Positions 46,951 through 50,115 of a stretch of 50,115 nt of DNA are shown piece by piece (positions within the stretch are counted from its first letter, which is position 1; each line of letters starts with the position of its first letter). The notes beneath the pieces are model-generated. The model did not search any database, was not told the DNA's origin, and saw nothing but the letters and a program-made list of their open reading frames with translations. Source of the DNA: Batkoa obscura (lineage: Eukaryota). The translations under genes and the position numbers were made by a program. Location of the stretch: assembly GCA_030770535.1 (NCBI GenBank), contig JASVEC010000113.1:1-50115 (forward strand), written 5' to 3'.

Positions 46951-48175
46951 TTATAATGACCCTGAAGAAGAGTTAACAATGCCACCTTTACCATGGTCAC
47001 TTGAATCACTCTGTGATAGAAGTCGATCGGCTTCTTCTGCACTAATCATGTTTGTTGTTTCCACTGCCAACCTAGATGGAACGGAAGGTCGGTAATCATT
47101 TGAATGTCCTAAAATAACGCCCCTATCCTTTAATCCAGTACCACGTATCTCTACTGGGTTAACTGGAGGTGTGTTCCATTTACGTGTTGGTACATAGCGT
47201 GGATCCATCATTTCAAACTCTTGCATTGTATAACGCGAACACTTATCTGCATTTTCAAGGTCCTGAATCATCTTAGCAATAGTAGGATGTGAAAATCCAT
47301 AATAATCGGGTCCAGAAGCAGAGTTAGTAGCTCCTTTTGAGCGGAGTTTATTTGCTTTACGCATTACAGCTGTCCAAACCCCAGTAGGGGACTCAGCAAT
47401 AAAGGGTTCCGGACAGTCATCAGCGTCAATTTGGAAGCGCGGGTTGCCGTTAACTTCCAAAATAGTTGCTGTATAACATGCTTCGCGGTCAGGTGAAATG
47501 GTGCTATTATAATATCTTTTAACAGTGTAGCCTATTGGCCAGATATAGCGTTCATTATGAAAGCTTGGATTTTTGTATTCTACTCTGCCTAAAGATACCA
47601 CTGTAAGGATACCAACCGTAACTGGAAGGATATAGTTGCCTAGTTCATCCCTAGGTAAAGGTTGGACCCTTCTAGCCTTGGACACGTTACGGCGCGAAGA
47701 CTTGTTTCCTTTATCTTTTGAAGTGAGTGCAGAAGTGGCACCGTTATAGGAAGAACCAGAACGGTTTGAATTTCCATTTCTTATTTGATTATTGTTAGTG
47801 CCATAAGGGGAGTTAGTTTTTACTTTAGCTTTAACTAAGAAATAAAAAGTTAGTATATGTTTAATAAGTAGATAAATACGTTACTATCAAAGGTAGGTTT
47901 TTCCTCTTCACTTTCAGAGGTGGTAGGAGAGTCATCGTCTAGTTTAAGAATTTCAGCTTCTAATAAGGAGTTTCTTTGTTTAAGACGATTTATCAGGTTT
48001 TTAGCTTGCTGAAGTTTGCTTTGACTGTCATCATATTTCTAATAAAAAGTATAAATAAATAAAACACTTTATTAAAATAAATTACCTCTTGTATTTCTTT
48101 TAATTTTCGTTTTGCTAAACGATATTTATCTTCATACACAGAAATCGGTTCGCTTGGTTTTTGATTAAAAGACAT
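46951..48175 (-). CDS. FYRN/FYRC-domain nuclear protein (TBRG1-like), multi-exon
   Basis: N-terminal YEDKYRLAKRKLKE coiled coil; LPVTVG.LTVVSLG...FHNERYIWPIGY (FYRN); SPTGVW...SGPDYYGFSHPTIAKMIQDL..ADKC..Y (FYRC). Confidence 0.85.
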
Positions 48176-49099
48176 TGAAAAGTAAGCTCTTTAATAATCT
48201 TCCTTAGGTTTAAGTGCGTTTCATTCCTTGTAGTTCAAATCAGGTGCCCCATTCTTACCTTATTGATTGGCTAATTTTAGTCGACTCCTCTACCTTGGTT
48301 GCTTTATTTATTTAAGGTGTTGAAAGCCAAATCTTTAAGCAATTATTCGCTCAAGTAAGTTACAAAATAAGCGAAATTGGTGAAGTTAAAATTCTATAAC
48401 TGGAATATTTGGTAAGAATGCTGATAATTATTGTTGATTTGGATTAAAAGCTCATAAATTTCTATCCACATGAGTTATTTGTACGGTTTATTAAATAAAG
48501 GAGAGATGAAAAGATTAAGATCATGATTCAAAAATATAATAGAGTAATAAGAACAGCTCATTTAAATAAAAATACTACAGAAGGGCTTATCAAGAATATT
48601 TATGTTATAGAGAGTTTGTATTAAAGTAATAAAATTTTATACTTTTTTAAAACCGTGGACTTTGTGATGCTTTTATTAAGCTTTAGTTTATGGACTTTAG
48701 ATTTCATAAAAAAGTTTATAGTTTATCTAAACAAGTAATAGAGTATTGATAACAAAAGTTTAAGATTAAACACATGGCCTTTCAAGAGCAAAAAGAAGAT
48801 AGAAGACTATATAAAAAGGATTAAAGTTGAATGAAGTATTTTTATAAAAAATTTGAAATATAGTAATTAAAGGCTTAAAGTCTATTTCATGAAAATAAAT
48901 TTCTCAACTTGAATGTAAAATACAACTTTGAAGATCTTAAAGTTTGGTTGAAAAATCCCAATAAAAGCATTTAAGTTTTAGTTTAATGAATAACTAAAAT
49001 GAAAATGAAAATATATAGTTTCAATGCATATTAACAGATATTCAACAAATTAAAATCATCTTTCTAGTTAATCTCTAAGAATATTTTATTTTAGTTCAT

Positions 49100-50115
49100 C
49101 TATGGTTTATCAGCAATTGACTTAGGTTGATTATTAGCAAAAAGTGTAAAAGACACATGTTCAACCACATAAGCAAGTCCAAAGTCAAGTACAAGACCCA
49201 TAACTAAACGATTACGGAACTAAATTAAACGTTTAATTTTATGTTAAAAAAGTTGTAAAAAATAACTTACTGCTGAAGGGAAAGGTACCAAAGACAAAAA
49301 TTCATTCATAGAAGGGAATAATTCAGTAGCACAAGCAAATGCAATAAATCCGCACAACATTAATCCATTATATAATGTTTTATTCTCTCTCAAACTCTCA
49401 CGGAATGGATGGCCCTATAGTTCTTTTATCAATTGTTATTCTAATAAATTATAAATAACTTACTTGATAATTAATAGCAAAGGTAGATACTTGTAATGAA
49501 AGAGATCAAAAACACGGCACTATTCAAGAGACTTGGCTCAAATGTGGAATCCAAGTCCACAGGTTTTTGACTAAACAAAATTAATTTAACTGTATAAATA
49601 CTAATTTTAAATACTTACGTTTCAAAAATCTTGGCCTGTTGAACGATGTAAATTAATGAAACAATATGTACAAAGAACTGACCCATCACAGAAGATATAA
49701 TGTATTTGTTAAATATATTCGTTTGAGGCCTTTCAATGGATAATGTTTCCAAAGGTTGTGCTTTACTGATACATAAGAAACAGACAGCAAGCAACATACC
49801 AGAGATAGTTGCTTGATAATCGCCATATTTGATACCATCGAGATAAAGTACACTTAAGGAGTAAGCTGAAATTAAGCAATTGAGTGCTAATATTTTATAC
49901 ATCTGTGTGGTTGCTACCAAGGTACATCTTCCTTGTCTGATAATGCTAACAACTAATAATGAAACTTATAATAAAAATAATTTGATATTAAATAATATAT
50001 ACCTGATTCAATAGAAGCCAGCTTTGAAGTAAAAGGTGAAGCTACAGAAGCATCTCCAAATTTAAGTACTGGTACATCTTCATCTAATTCCTCAAACAAT
50101 TTTTCTGTGAGTACA
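49100..50115 (-). CDS. SPF1: P5A-type ATPase (SPF1/ATP13A1), 3' part only; continues beyond the window
   Basis: [86 protein letters not shown]; stop 49100-49102; apparent 1-nt deletion at 49499-49502. Confidence 0.95.

Overview
Very AT-rich eukaryotic DNA with many short (~45-85 nt) GT-AG introns. The gene content points to an early-diverging fungus; an Entomophthorales/Conidiobolus-like Zoopagomycete is my inference, not a proven assignment. I can support 18 protein-coding genes: class I myosin, INTS11/CPSF3L, dynamitin-like, RPS3, a mitochondrial-type DEAD-box helicase, mL41 (missed by the ORF track), OPA3-like, MET6, an I9 inhibitor-like protein, an MPD1-like PDI, CFD1, a secreted two-repeat protein, a class-A-like GPCR, a bacterial-type DAACS transporter, OLE1, an RRM/ALYREF-like protein, a G/Q/N/Y repeat protein and an FYR-domain protein, plus the 3' part of the SPF1 P5A-ATPase. 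The RPS3 intron holds a box C/D snoRNA and a second nested stem-loop. One DNA-transposon system dominates the intergenic space: a decayed DDD (Sola-like) element with 22-bp TIRs and ATAT TSD, three deleted derivatives, and about 19 copies of a ~98-bp MITE with matching ends. The most striking structure is a pair of near-identical 731-bp inverted arms, made from otherwise decayed transposon relics, enclosing the GPCR gene (candidate invertible or gene-converted cassette). Five conserved or repeat-coding genes each lack one base, most likely through consensus errors.
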